Both the position numbers and the translations under genes were made by a program. The notes under the pieces were generated by a model. That model did not search any database, was not told the DNA's origin, and saw only the letters and a program-made list of their open reading frames with translations. A stretch of DNA of 64,000 nucleotides from Felis catus (taxonomy: Eukaryota): positions 231,200,001-231,264,000 of the forward strand of contig NC_058368.1 in NCBI RefSeq assembly GCF_018350175.1, written 5' to 3'. The first letter of the stretch is position 1, and each line of letters starts with the position of its first letter. Shown in pieces: positions 36,601 to 48,885 of the stretch.

Positions 36601-36844
36601 GGGCCGGCCCACTTGGGTATGTTTTCCTGTCCTGTTCAGCCACCTCTGTAAAAAACGTAGCTGCAATCGTGGTGTGCAGAAACTCGTTATTTATTTTTTC
36701 CATAGAATGCTGTGTCCGGAGCCTTTCTTCCATGCCTTCGAATGGAATACTGTTTGTAATTATTGTCCTACAAGTTGGGCATTTCAGTTGTGTGGTTTTT
36801 GCCAGTATAAACCCGTGGGAAAGATGAGCCTATTTGCATCAAAA

Positions 36845-37200
36845 TGTAACCAAACCAGAGTTTGTCCCCCCCCCCCCCCCCCCCCCCCCCCCGTTTCCAA
36901 GTACTGCAAGCCAGTACAAATTGACATCAAGCTTTTGCAGAGGAGAAAAATAGGCGATTTATTGGTGTGGCCCCCCAGGAGACCGGGGGAGCTAATGCTC
37001 GAAAGTCCAGAACTCTCGGATGGCTTGCATGAGGGTTTTTAAGGGCAAAATTTGGGGGAAGAGGTCTTGTGAGAAGGTGGACACCTTTGATTAGAGGCCC
37101 ATGAGGTCCTACTAGCAGGTGACCTGGTGCCACTTCATCTGGTGCCCTGGAGGTCTTTTCCATTTCAAGGGGCTTGGAATCTGGAAAATATCTTTATTTC
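36845..37200 (-). mobile_element. ERV LTR-like fragment in CMBL intron 1, with a 27-nt poly(C)
   Basis: tgtaaccaaaccagag...atttattgg (reverse AATAAA)...gagctaatgctcgaaagtccagaactc...ggtttttaagggcaaaattt. Confidence 0.5.
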
Positions 37201-37355
37201 TTATGTTAGAAATTGAAGCAAGCATTCGTATCCCTTGAGCCTAGGCCTTTTTGTTCCTTGGTTGGTCTGGCTGTGCCTTGGGTAGCTATGACCTCTGGTG
37301 TTTCATCCTTTCATCTGAACTGACAAGAGGGATGCGGGCTTCAAAAAATCATTAT

Positions 37356-37573
37356 GGGGGGCACCTGGGTGACTCAGTTGGTTAAATGTCGGACTCTTGA
37401 TTTCAGCTCAGGTCATGATCTCGAGGTTCGTGAGGTCAAGCCCCGCATCGGGCTCTGAGCTGACAGTGTGTTGCCTGCTTGGGATTTTCTCTCTCTTCCT
37501 CTCTCTGCCCCTGCCCCTGCTGTGTGTGCTCTCTCTCTTGCTCTCTGTCTCAAAAAAAAAAAAAAAAAAAAAA
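37356..37573 (+). mobile_element. CanSINE
   Basis: TSD aaaaat(c/t)attat. Confidence 0.9.
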
Positions 37574-38560
37574 TTATTATCCCCATTTGGCAGTATTTCC
37601 TTAGGGTGGGTACTACTGGGTCTAGAGAGGAGACCGTGGGTCTAGCATCATGGCATCTTTGGTGCTCGGTACCCGGTGCATGTTGCCAAGAAGGACCGCA
37701 CGGGTCACCCACTCAGCCGTGTGGGTTGGCAGGCGAAAGTGTCTCCTCTCCTAGGCCTTGCTGACATAGGGGACTGCGATCAGGCCTCCTTGCTGATGGA
37801 AGATATAAGCTGATGTTTTCAAAGCCCATTTCAAATAAGGTGGTCAGAAGTGAGCCCCACAGGTGTCTGGGGACATGCTGTCAAGGCCTCAGAACAGCCC
37901 GAGAGAAGCCAAAGGCAGCCATGTGATTGGCTTGTTTGCAGGCCGGTGGGTCCTCATCACATCTACCTTTCTGATCAATGCTGTCTAGACCTGTCCCCTA
38001 TGGCAAATAGAAGCATGATTGAGAACAAATAGATCTGGAGTTGTTGACGTTGGTAGAATCATCTGTGGGTAAGTAGGGCCCTGCTTTCCCGGCTGCAAGA
38101 TCAAAACTCAGTTGCCAAGCAAGTTCCTGCAGTGTTTACCCAGTGAAGGGAAAACACTGAGCCTTCCCCTTTAGCCACTGCCTTCCCCTGTTACCTTTCA
38201 GCCTTTGTTTGCTTGCTGATGGTTTCCAAATCTCTGAAGCTTCTAGAAATTTCTTCCTGGACTTCTTTGCTTGTTGCAGTCCCACCTATGCCAATTCCCT
38301 TTGCTCGTTGAAATCTGTTTTCTCTGTTTCTGCTGGAGAACTTCACTGCACCGGGAAGTCTGACTTCTGAGCTATTTACGTCCCTGAGGGTATGAAAGTA
38401 GGAAAACTCCATCATCTGGGCCATACGTCACCATCCATTTCTCACCGTTTTGACTTCTGGAGAGAAAAGGGGAATGTTATTCAATAGCGTTGTTAAAAGA
38501 TCATTTTCAGGGGAAGGTGAGAGCGTGACTCTCAAACAGACAGAAAAATGAGCACATGTT

Positions 38561-38654
38561 GGGGTGCCTGGCCGGCTCAGTCGGTAGAGCATGCAACTCT
38601 TGATCTTGGGCTTGTGAGTTCGAGTCCCACGTTGGATGTAGAGAGATTACTTAA
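38561..38654 (+). mobile_element. Short CanSINE
   Basis: tRNA-like head; outer TSD aaatgagca(ca/tg)tgtt. Confidence 0.85.
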
Positions 38655-38656
38655 CG

Positions 38657-38882
38657 TTTTTTTTTTAAATTTTTTTTTTCAACGTTTATTTATTTATGGG
38701 ACAGAGAGAGACAGAGCATGAACGGGGGAGGGGCAGAGAGAGAGGGAGACACAGAATCGGAAGCAGGCTCCAGGCTCTGAGCCATCAGCCCAGAGCCTGA
38801 CGCGGGGCTGGAACTCACGGACCGCGAGATCGTGACCTGGCTGAAGTCGGACGCTTAACCGACTGCGCCACCCAGGCGCCCC
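38657..38882 (-). mobile_element. Young felid SINE inserted in the tail of the short SINE
   Basis: CpG-intact reverse copy. Confidence 0.92.
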
Positions 38883-39050
38883 GTCATTTTTTTTTTTTTT
38901 AAATGAGCATGTGTTAAACATTCTATTTTATTTATTAAAGAAGGAACCAGGCAGATTTTATAACTGATTCAAAAGAGAAATCAAGAAGGACAGGTATATA
39001 TGGGGCAAAGGAATGCCTCAGGAAGGTTCATGTTAGGGGAAGGGGCGGGA

Positions 39051-39415
39051 GCTTTTATCCTGATGGGGTCCCAATAGTTCATTTTTGCTTTTATTTCCCT
39101 CGCCCCTGGAGACACGGCAAGTAAGCAGCTGCTGCGGCCAAGGTTAAAGAGGTTGCTACCTGTTTTCTCTCGTAGGGTTTTGTTGGTTTCCTGTCTCACA
39201 TTGAGGTCTTTCATCCATTTTGAGTTTATTTTTGTGTCTGGTGTAAGAAAGTGGTCCGGTTCTCCCAGCACCATTTGCTGAAATGGGCGATGGGCATTCA
39301 GGAGGGCACTTTTAGGGATGAGCACTGGGTGTCCTATGTAAGCGATGAATCACTGGGTTCTACTCCTGAAACCAAGACTACATCGTATGTTAATTCACTT
39401 AAAAAAAAAAAAAAA
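39051..39415. mobile_element. 5'-inverted (twin-primed) carnivore L1
   Basis: 39051-39281 is antisense ORF2 (DHFLTPDTKINSKWMKDLNVRQET...AKMNYWD); 39282-39415 is the sense L1 3' end plus poly(A). Confidence 0.8.
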
Positions 39416-39551
39416 GAAATGGAAAAAAAAAGGAGATAAGGCAGGACATGTTAGCTCCTTGGAATTGGCATCAAACAGGCACCAGTGATCCCCATGGGTC
39501 TTGACTTGTGACACTGTGGAGGTGCTTGGTGTGTGAAGCAGGGCTGCAGGG

Positions 39552-40032
39552 GGCTGAAGAACAAATCATTCATTCATGGCGTTTGTTAAGGAACGGAAGG
39601 CAGACCTTATTCAGGACCTTTGGGATAGGTGTAGGGCCCACCGCAGTGGGGTTTTACCGTGGGGGAGAGAGATTGGGCTCAACCCTGGAAATAGCAAAGA
39701 AAAGTGAGGATTTATAGCCAGGGAGTGGGGTGGTGGGGGGTCAGTGGATGGAAAATGACTAAGAGGAAACATCACAGGGGATGAGAGTTCTGGATAAACC
39801 GACCTAACAGGGTTCTTGCAGGAGACAAGCCAGAGAGATCAGACATCGCCTGGGGGTGAGGGGGTGGAGGACGAGCAACCAGATCAGATATCAAGGGTCA
39901 TGGATTCTGTGAAACTGACTTAGCGGGATTCTTACTGAAACTAGGCACAGCAGAGATGCATCCAGAAGCCCCACACAGGCCTGTTTGAGAAGAGAAGTCA
40001 GTGGAGCTTGGTGAGGGAGAGAAGGCTGGTCA
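39552..40032 (-). mobile_element. MER31-like ERV1 LTR
   Basis: aaaccgacctaacagggttcttgc...gatcagatatcaagggt...aaactgacttagcgggattctt. Confidence 0.65.
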
Positions 40033-40309
40033 CTGTGGGAGAGTGAGCCTTGAGATCAGTCACATGTTGGTGGCATCTTGGGTGAATGTCATGGGCGGAT
40101 CATGAGCATTAGCGCTGCCGGCCAGTGTGGCCTCGCCAAAGAAGGTGCGAGTCAGGCTCTCCTGTGCAGGGGTGCGTCTCAGTTATCCTTGGCACCATGA
40201 GGAGGGTTCTGAGTTCAGAGGCTTCCCTAGTGGAGACCACGGGTCTGGTCTCGAGGTGGCCGGTGAGTTTTGCCAAGCCCACCTGTCATGATGCAGGAAA
40301 GCTCTGCCT

Positions 40310-40360
40310 CTCCTCCTCCTTCCTCCTTCCTCCTTCCTCCTTCCTCCTTCCTCCTTCTTC
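40310..40360 (+). repeat. (CCTCCTT)n tandem repeat
   Basis: About 6 units of CCTCCTT. Confidence 0.85.
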
Positions 40361-40367
40361 TAAGATT

Positions 40368-40594
40368 TTATTTTTTTTTAATTTTTTTTTTCAACGTTTA
40401 TTTATTTTTGGGACAGAGAGAGACAGAGCATGAACGGGGGAGGGGCAGAGAGAGAGGGAGACACAGAATCGGAAACAGACTCCAGGCTCTGAGCCATCAG
40501 CCCAGAGCCCGACGCGGGGCTTGAACTCACGGACCGCGAGATCGTGACCTGGCTGAAGTCGGACACTTAACCGACTGCGCCACCCAGGCGCCCC
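40368..40594 (-). mobile_element. Young felid SINE
   Basis: TSD taagattttattttt. Confidence 0.93.
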
Positions 40595-40599
40595 TAAGA

Positions 40600-40697
40600 T
40601 TTTATTTTTAAGTTATCTCTACACCAGCATGGGGCTCAAACTCACAACCCCGAGGCCAAGAGTCGTGTACTCCATGACAGAGCCAGCCAGGCGCCCC
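40600..40697 (-). mobile_element. Short CanSINE
   Basis: Reverse head ending caggcgcccc. Confidence 0.82.
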
Positions 40698-41551
40698 AGA
40701 AAAGCCCTTCTTGACACATTTTATAAGCCCCCCACCATCCACGTCAGACCCCCTGTCCCGTCCCTAAGTAGGCGGAAAGCGCAGCACCGTCGCTCACGCA
40801 GAATGACCTCACGGTGAAGGTCATGCAGAAGGAACTTCGTGTTTCTGTAGAAAACCTCGGTCATCCGTGGGGCATCCTTCCCGGCCCGTGGTCTTTGAGC
40901 CGCTGCAACTCCTTCTTTGTACGTGGCCGGTAACCAACAAGTTAGTAAATTCTGTCCTGTGCGGTGGGATTCATGGCTTCCTCCCTCCTGCGGAAAACTC
41001 CGTTTTCTGTCCTTCTGCAATTTCAGCTGTGCTGTCGTCCGTATACATTTGTGCTCTTTTCTTTTTTCCTTCGAACCAGTTCTCACATCTGCCTCGTTCC
41101 TTCTTCTTAGAGAAGTAAAAGCCTTCACGTGTTCATTTTTGTAAATCCGCATGAGAGTCATGGTTTTCCTTTCCTTGTGAAAATTATCCTTTAACAAATG
41201 TGTCATTTGGGGGAGGGAGGGGGCAGAGGCAGAATCCTGGAAGGGCTGTAGAGGAATTTTAGTGTCCTCCTGTCAGTAGGGCCCACCTGGGTGTGCTCCC
41301 CCAGGCGCTTTCCCCGGGAGCCACAGGGGGGTCACAGGGGGGCCACGGCGGGCTGTCCATGGAAACCAGCTTCCCTGCCCTATGGCCTTGGCCCAGGACA
41401 CACAATGCACTACTCTGCTACATGAGGGGTCTGGCCGGAGTCCCGCCTTCCACACCCAGGCCTCTCCCTGCCACTGCCTGCTTGCGTAGGATGCATCCAG
41501 ACAGTGGCTCTCCTGGCCATAAACATTCCTTCTGGAAAGTGCGTATTAATT

Positions 41552-41765
41552 GGGGGCACCTGGGTGGCTCAGTCAGTTGTGTCTGACTCCTGATTTCGGC
41601 TCAGGTCATGATCTCACGGTTTGTGAGTTCAAGCCCTGCATCGGGCTCTGCGCTGAGGAGTGGAGCCTGCTTGGGATTCTCTGTCTCCCTCGGTCTCTCT
41701 GCCCCCCGCCCCCCCACTTGCTCTCTGTCTCTCTCAAAATACATAAAAATAAACTTAAAAAAAAA
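41552..41765 (+). mobile_element. CanSINE
   Basis: TSD aagtg(c/g)gtat(t/c)aatt. Confidence 0.9.
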
Positions 41766-42183
41766 GTGGGTATCAATTGAAGATAAAGTAAAAAGATTCA
41801 GGCTCGAGGCCCCTTTGGAACGGCTAGGATTTTTCGTGGTCTCCACGTCCCCATAGGACAATCCAGGTAAGCAATCAGCATAAAGAATCAGCTGTCAACA
41901 CATAGCGCATTGGACGTAAAATTTACCGCTCTTGGTGCTGGATTGTTGTGACTTCTCTTGCTAATAATAGTTTCATAACATAGCTTGTGAAAACAAACCC
42001 GTGGGGAATAGATTCAAATCTTCTTTGAGCAAAAGACCAGCTCTTAATATGTGTTTCCTTAAAATGTAAGGTATTTGCCTTCCAGAATATTCTGGAAAGT
42101 ATAGGAAATAATCTAACAGCCACCCATATTCATGTGACCCACGCAAAACAATTGGAACATTTTGTCCTTAATCAAAACTTTCT

Positions 42184-42300
42184 GGGACTCCTGGCTGTCT
42201 TAGTCAGTAGAGCATGTGACTCTTGGTCTTGGGGTTGTAAGTTTGAGCCCCATGTTGGGTGTAGGGATTACTCAAAAATAAAAATCTTAAAAAAAAACCA
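42184..42300 (+). mobile_element. Short CanSINE
   Basis: tRNA-like head + A-tail; TSD aactttct. Confidence 0.8.
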
Positions 42301-42579
42301 AAAAACAACTTTCTTAGGAAGTTGAATGTAACAAATGCGGTTAAAGCCAGCTGTCCCCATCCTTTCTCCCTTGCTAGTAACCACTGGCTAATCGTGGTGT
42401 GTTTTATTCCCATGCATCACACTTTTACTACAGTATATTTATTAATAAAATAAGTACTATTTTGGGTTATTAGTCTTTATTTAGCATCAAAAAGGACATT
42501 GTCTTTTTATATAGCATTATGTTTCTAAGATTTATATCAGTAAATACACGTGTAGTTTATTCACGGAGTAGTTATGAAT

Positions 42580-43145
42580 CTATTTGTTTCCTGGGGTGGC
42601 TGTAACAAATTACCACAAACTGGGTCACTTAAGACAACAGAATATTTTTCTAAAGGTTTTTTTTATTCTTAAGCCATCTCTACACCCAGCATGGGGCTCG
42701 AACTCACAATGCCGAGAGTAAGAGTTGCACGGTCTACACGCTGAGCCAGCCGGGTGTCCCAGGACAACAGAAATTTATTCTCTCACGGTTCTGGAGGCCA
42801 GAAGTCTGCAGTGAAGGTGTCAGCGGGGCTGTGCTTTCTATGGACCTACAGAGGGGGATCCTTCCTTGCCTCTCTCCAGCTTCTGATGGTGCCCGGCCAT
42901 CCTTGGTGTTGCTTGGCTGGTAGATACTCCAGTCTCCACCTATGTCTCCGTGGGGCCTTCTCCCCTGTGTGTTGCTGTATCCAAATTTCCAAAATTAGGG
43001 GCAGTGGCCACCCTAATCCAGTATGACCTCATCTTAACTTGATTACCTCTACAAAGCTCTATTTCCAAATAAGGGCACATTCATAAGTTCTGGGAGTTAG
43101 AACTTGAACATATCTTTTTGGGGGACACAACTCAGCCCACAGTAA
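42580..43145 (-). mobile_element. MaLR LTR (MLT1C-like) with a nested short SINE (42657-42760, - strand)
   Basis: ggctgtaacaaattaccacaaactgggt...cggttctggaggccagaagtc...tttttgggggacacaactca; SINE TSD gacaacagaa. Confidence 0.8.
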
Positions 43146-43950
43146 CGACTAAATCGCAGTTGACCCTGTTTTCCTCCTGAAGGTCAACTCGATTGCTTCC
43201 GGTTATTGCCGCCAGGAACACGCCTTCTGTCCTCACCACGCGCTCATACACGCAGGTGTAAATCTCTCTAGGGAGTACACCCAGCTGTGGCATTTCTGGG
43301 TTGCAGGTGTCTTTATCTTTGACTTTGCCAGACCTTACCAGACCAAAGTAGTCTGTCTCGCCAGAGTTTGTATTTTGAGTTTGTATCAGCTCACGTTCCT
43401 TCCTCTTTCCCTGTATGGTCACCAACTCTTGGTGTTAACAGACCTTGTTGCCAAGCTGATGCAAAATAGCGTCTTTCTTAGGTACAAAATAGTATAATTT
43501 CTTAAATACCAGTGAGGTTGAATGTCTTTTCAGAGGTCTGGGTGCCACTCAGGGGTACCGTTTTGTGAGTTGCCTGTTCAGATCTTTGGAGCATTTATCT
43601 CTTGGGTTTGTCTTTTCCTTGTTGATTTATACGGATTTTCCCTGTATGTTATCTAGATACTAAATCTTCTGCTTTGAGAATAATATCTCAAATAATAATA
43701 TCTCTTCCCCACCTCCACCACCCCCTGGGCTGTTTTGAAGCACATCCTAGATGTCTGGCTGTTTCATCGGTATATACATCAGCAGGTGGCTATAAAAGAT
43801 ACAGATACACACACACAAAACCATCACTTTGATAGTCGTATCTGGCCCTTGCCCACCGGTCCGTTAACAGTAACTCTCAATATCATGAGACATCCAACCA
43901 GTTCCGTCTCCCCCAGTTGTCTCGTAAGTGGTTTTTACAGTCACCTACCG

Positions 43951-44295
43951 CTGTGGATTGCATTGTGTGTCCCCAGAGTTCATAGGTGGATGCCCTAACC
44001 CCCAATGTGACGGTATTTGCAGGTGGGGCCTCGGCCGATCAGGTTGAGATGAGGTCATGAGGGTGGGGCCCCAAGGTGGGATTCGTGCTCTTCTAAGAAG
44101 AGGCCAGAAAGCTTGCGTGTGAGGACACGGCGAGAAGGTGGCTGTCCGCAAGTGAGGAGAGTCCCCCTCAGAGCCCCGCCTTGCTGGCACCCTGACCTTT
44201 GACTTCCAGGCCCCGGAACGGTGAGAAACACATTTCTGTTGTGTCAGCTGACCGGCCTGTGGTATTTTGTTATGGCAGCTCGAGCAGACTGATAC
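43951..44295 (+). mobile_element. MaLR LTR (MLT1A-like), near full length
   Basis: gtgtccccagagttcataggtggatgccctaacccccaatgtg...ggtattttgttatggcagctcgagcagactgatac. Confidence 0.8.
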
Positions 44296-44939
44296 GTACT
44301 TAATGAAATTTATTAATCTTTTTCTTTATGGTTCATGTTTTTGGATCTGATGTAAGAAATGCTGCCTTGCTCCAAGATTCAAGGAAAAGGTGTTCCCCTT
44401 TATTTTCTTCCAACAGATGACTTTCGCTTTTCTACTCAGGTTTCTAACCATCTGGCAGGGCAGCGACGTGGCAGGTAGGGATCCACTGTGATCTCGTCGC
44501 ATCTTACGCCCCTTCATTGGCCAGTCCGTCTTTCCACCTCGGGTCTGCCTGTTCACCGTGGATCCGCCTGCCCCGTAGTGACCTCCAGAGCCTAGTCTGT
44601 TCTGCTGCATCTCGCTGCCAGCCTCAAACCACCATCCCGGACCTGGCTGGGGGCACATGGCCTCAAGGACCGTGTACAGTTCCCTGGTCCTCCATCTTCC
44701 CACTTCTTCTGTCCTCTCCAGCCTCCCCCCCTGCTCTCACCCTGACTGCCGACCCCGCTCTCAGTTTTCTGAGCACATGTGCGGAGCGTCCTCGGCCCTC
44801 TGCCCCGATGTCATCCACCCCTCCTCCGCCTCCCCTCCTGGGACCGAGGAGGACCCGTCCACGCTTCCAAGGAAGGTGGGTGGTCTCCTCCCTGGGCTGA
44901 CCCCAGCCCCCCTCCCCTAGCTCACCTAGCTCTAGGGTT

Positions 44940-45529
44940 TGTGAGCAAACAGCTAAGAAAGAATTTTGGTGCATAAAGGTGATCTTATTATAGCACAGGG
45001 ACAGGCCCGGTGGGCAGAAAGAGCTGCCCTGGGGTTGTGAGGTGGGACTGGTTGTGTACTTTTTAATTAGTGGTAGTTAGGGAGAGCGAAAGTCCCTAAG
45101 GAACTTGGAATCAAGGCTTTCAGGACCTTGAGGGGCTAGCTGCTGTTAAGATAAGGTTACTTTTAGGCTTTTTGTTTTTTTATGTTTATTCCTTTATTTT
45201 GAGAGAGAGAGAGAGAGACAGCACACGCAGGGGAGGGGCAGAGAGAGAGAGAGAGAGAGTCAGTGCAGAGCCCAACGCGGGGCTCGAACTCGCACACTGT
45301 GAGATCATACGACCTGAGCTCAAAGCAAGAGTCAGACGCTTAACCAGCTGAGCCACCCAGGCGCCCCAAGGTCACTTTTAGTCTTTAATTAAAGTGAACA
45401 TTAAGGCACTAAGGCAGCGGTGAGTTCCTTGAGGAAGGTCACGCTCTTACGTGTCAGGTGTCAGTGGGCTGCAAGCTGTCAGGAAATTTAATTTAAGCTA
45501 CATTTCTCTTGCCTTTGTGTCCCTCATCA
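44940..45529 (-). mobile_element. Carnivore ERV LTR-like element interrupted by a SINE
   Basis: Ends in ...ccctcatca (TGATGA on the - strand); cttattatagcacaggg region. Confidence 0.5.
45168..45367 (-). mobile_element. CanSINE
   Basis: TSD aaggt(t/c)actttta. Confidence 0.9.
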
Positions 45530-46105
45530 CCTGGCACCGTGGGTTGGGCTGGTTTTGCTTTGTTTTCCTCTGTGAGGCACCCGTTCTCATCCACCTGTAA
45601 AGGTACTAACGTTTCTTCCGTTAAAAAATAAAAAGACCTGTTGCTCTACCTTCCCTCCGTCTGCTCCCTCTCTTTGCCCCTCTTTCTGGTAAAAGCCTTG
45701 AAGAACTTCCGTGTTCACGCTGTCAGGTGCTCTCTTCTCATTTTCCCCCAAGCCCGTTTGCCGTCATGGCCACCAGACCCGTTCTCGTGGAGACCACCCT
45801 GACGTCCACGCTGCTGAGCCCTGTGGCCACCCCTCTTGCCGAATGCCTGTGTCTACAGTCTCCCTCCTTGAAAACTTGTCTTCATGTGGCTCCAGGCTCG
45901 TGAGTGGGGGGTTCCTCCCTTCTGACTGTTTATTCTCAGGCTCACTCTTTCCCCAAAGCTTTTAATGGTGAAGGCCCCAGGGCTCGCTCGCTCTTCTAGA
46001 TCCTTCTTCTTCCTTATCTCTTCTTATCTAATCATTCCTTTAATCATGCCAGGCACGCCCGAGGTTTCCAATAGTATGTACTGCTGATTCTCATTATTTA
46101 CAGTA

Positions 46106-46134
46106 TAGTTGACTTTGAACAACATCGGAGTGGG

Positions 46135-46175
<41 letters not shown>

Positions 46176-46498
46176 CTTTTAGGGGCATGGACCCCTGTGC
46201 AGTCAAAAAATCTGCATGTAACTTTTGACCCCCTCAAAAATGTAGTTCCTTATAGTCTGCTGTTGATCGGAAGCTTTTTTGGTAACATAAACGGTTGATG
46301 AACACAGAGGGTGCATGCTCTGTGCGTTATACACTGTAGTCTTACAATGAAGTGAGCCAGTGAAAAGAAAATGGTAAAAACATCATAAAAAAAGAGAAAA
46401 TACATTTGCAGTCCTGTGCTGAATTTATTGAAAAAAAAAAAAAATCCACGTGTAAGTGGACCGTGCAGTTCAAACCTGTGTGGTTCAAGGGTCAGCCA
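46106..46498. mobile_element. Tigger2a-like non-autonomous DNA transposon nested in MER82
   Basis: TIRs (t)agttgactttgaacaac / gttcaagggtcagcca, flanked by TA on each side. Confidence 0.75.
46136..46175 (+). repeat. 40-nt poly(G) run
   Basis: Direct count. Confidence 0.9.
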
Positions 46499-47427
46499 TA
46501 GAACGTGGTTACGTTCTATAAAGTCACAGGGACACTGAACTAGCAAATACTGAACCATGGCTCCAAGAGGAAATACAGGTAGGGTTCTATGAGCCTCTGG
46601 TCATGTTTCTGTCGACTGATCAGTGCATAACCTAGTTTTTTGTGTGTTTCTGTGTAGAGACACCTCATTTAATACATAGGTGATTCATTAACATTGAACT
46701 CGCAGTCAACAGGTGTACTGTGTGCCTGAACTAAGCTTGTCTACTGCGCACGTTATCTTTGTAGGCACATCATAGCCTTCGTGCCCTATTACTAGACAGC
46801 TCTTCACTACTGTGCATGGAGTCCATTCTTTAAACACCGCAATCACCACCAAAAAGCACAAAAATGCAAAAGATGTGGCGCTAAATAGAAAGCGAAAAGG
46901 ATACTTGTTTACAGCGTGAGGGCTGATATGGGAAGGCGGGGCGTTGCCTTGTTCGACCTTGGCCGGGACCGTGCATGTGGGTGACTCAGATTTTTCAGTG
47001 CTTTACAAAAGTCCGTGGATGGTCGCAGTATTACTGCAAGGATTGATTTTGGAGTTGCAAATAAGTTTTGTGACTAGGCAACTTCACGTGCATGGAAGCG
47101 GCAAAAAATGAGGCTTGGCTGTGTAGGCTGACCATACTGTATCAAGTTTGTACTTCCGGCTTGGACCCCTGCCCCAAACTTGCTGTCCTGCGCGGTCCAC
47201 GGAGCTTGTGGAGCAGACATTTCAGACTTCCCGGGCTCCGCATTTAAGTCCTGACCTCTTCAAACCTGCTCTTCCCAAGTGTCCTCCTTCTCATTTAAAG
47301 ACAGTTGCTCAGGCAAAACCCCTCATCCTCCTGTCTCCTCTTTGCCTCAGTTGGCTTTCCCTGCAAATTCTATCCAGACCCCAGCCACTGTCAGGGCCTT
47401 TATTGTCCCTCTTCAGTGGGTGGTGGT

Positions 47428-47634
47428 TTTTTTTTTTTTTTTTTTTTTTTAATGTTTATTTTTTAGAGAGAGAGAGAGCGAGCACAAGCAGGGGAGGGGC
47501 AGAGAGAGGGAGACAGAGGTTCCAAAGCAGGCTCTGTGCTGACAGCAGCAAGCCCGATGTGGGGCTTGAACCCACGAACCGCAAGATCATGACCTGAGCC
47601 GAAGCCTGACGCTCGACAGCCACCCAGCCGCCCC
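47428..47634 (-). mobile_element. CanSINE
   Basis: TSD cagtgggtgg..ttttt. Confidence 0.9.
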
Positions 47635-48335
47635 AGTGGGTGGCGTTTTTTGTCCTGGATTGGGAACGTCTTGCTCTGAGTAGATTTGCTTCTGCTTCTG
47701 CTGGTGCCCAGGGATTTCACCGCCCAGGGTCAGTTATTGGGTTAAATGTCATAGTCTAGGCATTCCTACTTTGAAAGGACAGTGGACATTTGGGGGGACA
47801 TTTGGGGGGTTATTTTTACCTTCTCTGGGTTTTCTAATCACAGTCTTAGTCCTGGTTGGTAGAATTTTCTTTTTTTTCTTTTGGTATTTTTTGTTTTTAC
47901 GTTCCCCACTAAATATAAACCTTTTGGGGCTCTGACACTGCATGGGGTGTCAGCCGTGGATCCCTATCTTGTGGGGTCCAGAGGCCTCACTGGACACATC
48001 CTAAGCATCGGGTGGTGTTAGAGCTCGTTCCTGGGTTTAGCCTTCTCCCCAGTATCCCTGGGCTCCCTCAGTGTCTGCTCATGCCAAGCTGATCCTGCCT
48101 TCAGGTCTCCTCTCCAATCCTGGCTAATCCTATCCTCTCCAATCCCTTCTTTTCCTATGAGTTCCCATTTTAATTTTTATCCGTTGGTTACATTTACTTA
48201 GGTATTTTGAGTGTTTGTAATGGGAGTGGATTCCTGTTAGCTCTAATCTGCCACACTGCCAAAATCCCAGGTTATCAGTGATTTCCTCCATAAATACACG
48301 ATATGTAGAGTTAAACTTAATTATTTTTTGTACTC

Positions 48336-48360
48336 CTTTTTTAATGTTTATCTTATTTTT

Positions 48361-48402
<42 letters not shown>

Positions 48403-48560
48403 AGGGGAGAGGCAGAGAGAGCCAGAGACAGAATCCGAAGCGGGCTCCAGGCTCTGAGCTGTCAGCACAGAACCCAACGCGGGGCTTGAACCCACGAACC
48501 GCGAGATCGTGACCTGAGCTGAAGTCGGCCGCTTAACTGACTGAGCCACCCAGGCGCCCC
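48336..48560 (-). mobile_element. CanSINE about 90 nt upstream of the CMBL exon 2 acceptor
   Basis: TSD attttttgt(a/g)ctc. Confidence 0.92.
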
Positions 48561-48670
48561 ATTTTTTGTGCTCTTGATTTTAATTTACTTACTGCATACA
48601 ATCTTTGGATTTGCACCATTCAGACCCTAATGCATGTTTCTCTCTCAGTAGCCCAACTTAAATATCTCCA

Positions 48671-48885
48671 ATGGCTAACGAGGCTCATCCTTGTCCGTGT
48701 GACATTGGCCATAAGATAGAGTATGGAGGGATGGGGCGCGAAGTTCAAGTCGAGCACATCAAGGCTTATGTCACCAAACCCCCCTTCGACACGGGCAAGG
48801 CTGTGATCGTCATTCAAGACATATTTGGCTGGCAGTTGCCCAATAGCAGATACATGACTGACATGATCGCAGGAAACGGATACAC
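48671..48885 (+). CDS. CMBL: CMBL coding exon 1 (gene exon 2), aa 1-72
   Basis: [71 protein letters not shown] matches the CMBL N-terminus; donor AC|GTATGT; 215 nt, phase 2. Confidence 0.97.

Larger units (their letters stand above)
46081..47121 (-). mobile_element. MER82-like TcMar-Tigger DNA transposon, interrupted near one end
   Basis: TIR-like ends ctgctgattctcattattt / aaatgaggcttggctg; internal gattgattttggagttgcaaataag, aaaagcacaaaaatgc. Confidence 0.7.
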
